The notes under the pieces are model-generated. The model made no database searches. It saw only the letters and a program-made list of their open reading frames with translations, and was not told the origin of the DNA. The position numbers and the translations under genes were made by a program. This document shows, one piece after another, positions 62,330 through 64,000 of a stretch of DNA of 64,000 bases. Within the stretch, counting starts at the first letter, position 1; each line of letters starts with the position of its first letter. Origin of the DNA: Bispira polyomma (lineage: Eukaryota); assembly GCA_965649765.1 (NCBI GenBank), contig OZ287749.1, positions 92,256,001 to 92,320,000 on the forward strand, read 5' to 3'.

Positions 62330-63232
62330 CTATACAGAATATACAAACAGAGGCTACAGATTTGTCCTACACAGAGGCTTAAAACAAGTGTCTGACAGAA
62401 TTAAACCACTCAGTTTACCGAGCATGACCTCCTTCCAGACAACCAGGGAATTGTCCTATACAGAAACAGAGGCTTAAACAAGTGTCTGACAGAATTAAAC
62501 CACTCAGTTTACCGAGCATGACCTCCTTCCATACAGCCAGGGAATTGTCCTATACAGAAACAGAGACTTGAAACAAGTGTTTAACAGAATTTAACCACTC
62601 AGCTTATATGAACTCCTTCCATACAACCAGGGCATTGTCCTACACAGAAACAGAATACACTAAAAAGTAGGCTTAAAACAAGTGTCTCAGAGACTTAAAT
62701 CACTTAAGACAACCAGCGAGGTATGCTTGAAATAGTATCACTTAAAATACTTTTACTTCCTTTTAAATGTCAAGGGAGTTGTATCACTTAAAATACTTTT
62801 ACTTCCTTTCAGATGTCAAGGGAGTTGTCCTGTAGACAAAAGGGAAATACAGAGAAAAAACAAGTGAGTTTACTCAACATGACCTTCTTCCAGGCGACCA
62901 TCGAGTTCTCCTACATAGAGTAACAGAGCGAGAGACAGAAGCACAGGCTTCAAATACAATTAAATGAGAATGAAAGCAGTTTAACCAGCATCTTCAAATT
63001 CCATAGCACCTTAGAGTTGTCTCATACAGACACGGACAAAATCCGGACAAAGAGACACTAAAAGACAGGCTTGAAATGCACCAAAAACAAGAATTAAGTC
63101 ATTCAGTGAGTTGTTCAACACAGTCAGACACAGGCTTTAAATACAATGAAATGCGGATAAAAATGAGCATTAAATCACTCAGTTTACCCAGCATCATATT
63201 CTTGAAGACTACAAGTGAGTTGTCCTACAAGG
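62330..63232 (-). repeat. about 94-bp array of E2 acceptor plus exon start (about 8-9 copies)
   Basis: Core CACTCAGTTTACC.AGCAT.AC.TCCTTCCA.ACAACCAGGG..TTGTCCTA at 62406, 62500, 62595 and degenerate to 63230. Confidence 0.92.
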
Positions 63233-64000
63233 ATGAACATTCCTGTAAAATATGAAATACAATGGACCACCAGCTTTTTTTGCAGAGGCTAGACTAGACA
63301 GATGGGAATGGACAAACTGGCAGGTTTCTAGACTGAGTTCATTCTTGTATGATATATATTCCCCATTTGATTGGAAAAATAAGCCTAGATTTCCATGTAA
63401 GTGACTGTGGATAGCTAAGATAGCCAGATAACTGGCACCTGACAGCATATTGGACTGTTTCTATGCGTGGGATTTATATAGGTTTCCTGGATTGTTTACA
63501 GGCTGCAGGCTGACACAAACTAACTTCTTTGCTATGTAGGCCAATAGGGGCAGTCAGCAGTTAATGTCGGGTACATAAAAACAGTACTAAAACAAAGAAA
63601 TTGACATAATCGGTCATCAGCCGTTGGCTATGGCCTTTCAGCCGTCTGTAACATTTAAACATAGGCCAATAAGACTTCACCTTGTGATTTAACCAGGTCA
63701 CTATTCACTACAATATACATTCTTAGCAACATCATTGGCTTTATTGAAAGGGAAACCTGTTTCAGTACTTGAGACTTAGGAAACCCGGGACAGATTATTT
63801 TGTACCTGCCAAAACCCTTCTTTTGCACATTAATAAACAACCAACATCTTTTAAATTTTTTATTTTAATTTGTAACTTCTTTTCGTTAAAGTAAAATCAG
63901 ACTTGCTTTAATTTATAATTTTTTGCTGCAAATAAGTGAAAATGTTAAGAGTAACCTTAACCCTATAAACAATGTGTTTTAGTATGTTCCAAACATGTAA

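Overview
AT-rich eukaryotic (invertebrate-type, probably mollusc-like) genomic DNA, not prokaryotic. Three genes can be supported. (1) A minus-strand NEK9 ortholog (NIMA kinase + RCC1 repeats + coiled coil). I reconstructed 23 phase-consistent GT-AG coding exons plus one optional exon, from 62329 to the stop at 25530; the first coding exon lies beyond the window. Exons are labelled E2-E24, assuming one upstream exon. (2) An intronless plus-strand F-BAR/FCH gene (20512-21918) behind a cluster of CRE sites. (3) A minus-strand FAM53-like gene (ATG 14521, 3' end not located). Introns carry a 5'-truncated Tx1/L1-type LINE with target-site duplication, an L2-type fragment, tRNA-derived SINEs, several MITE families and Helentron-like elements. 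The most striking signal is that ten NEK9 exon boundaries are each flanked by their own tandem array. Nine of these are copies of the exon edge plus its splice site ('junction echoes') running into the intron. Many echo donors match consensus better than the real donor. One echo is a ready-made in-frame cassette exon, one differs from the exon only at synonymous sites, and one fragment sits 2 kb away next to the neighbouring exon. A tandemly duplicated NEK6/7-docking motif (exon E20) looks like the fixed product of a junction-spanning duplication. All alignments were done by eye, and repeat boundaries are approximate.
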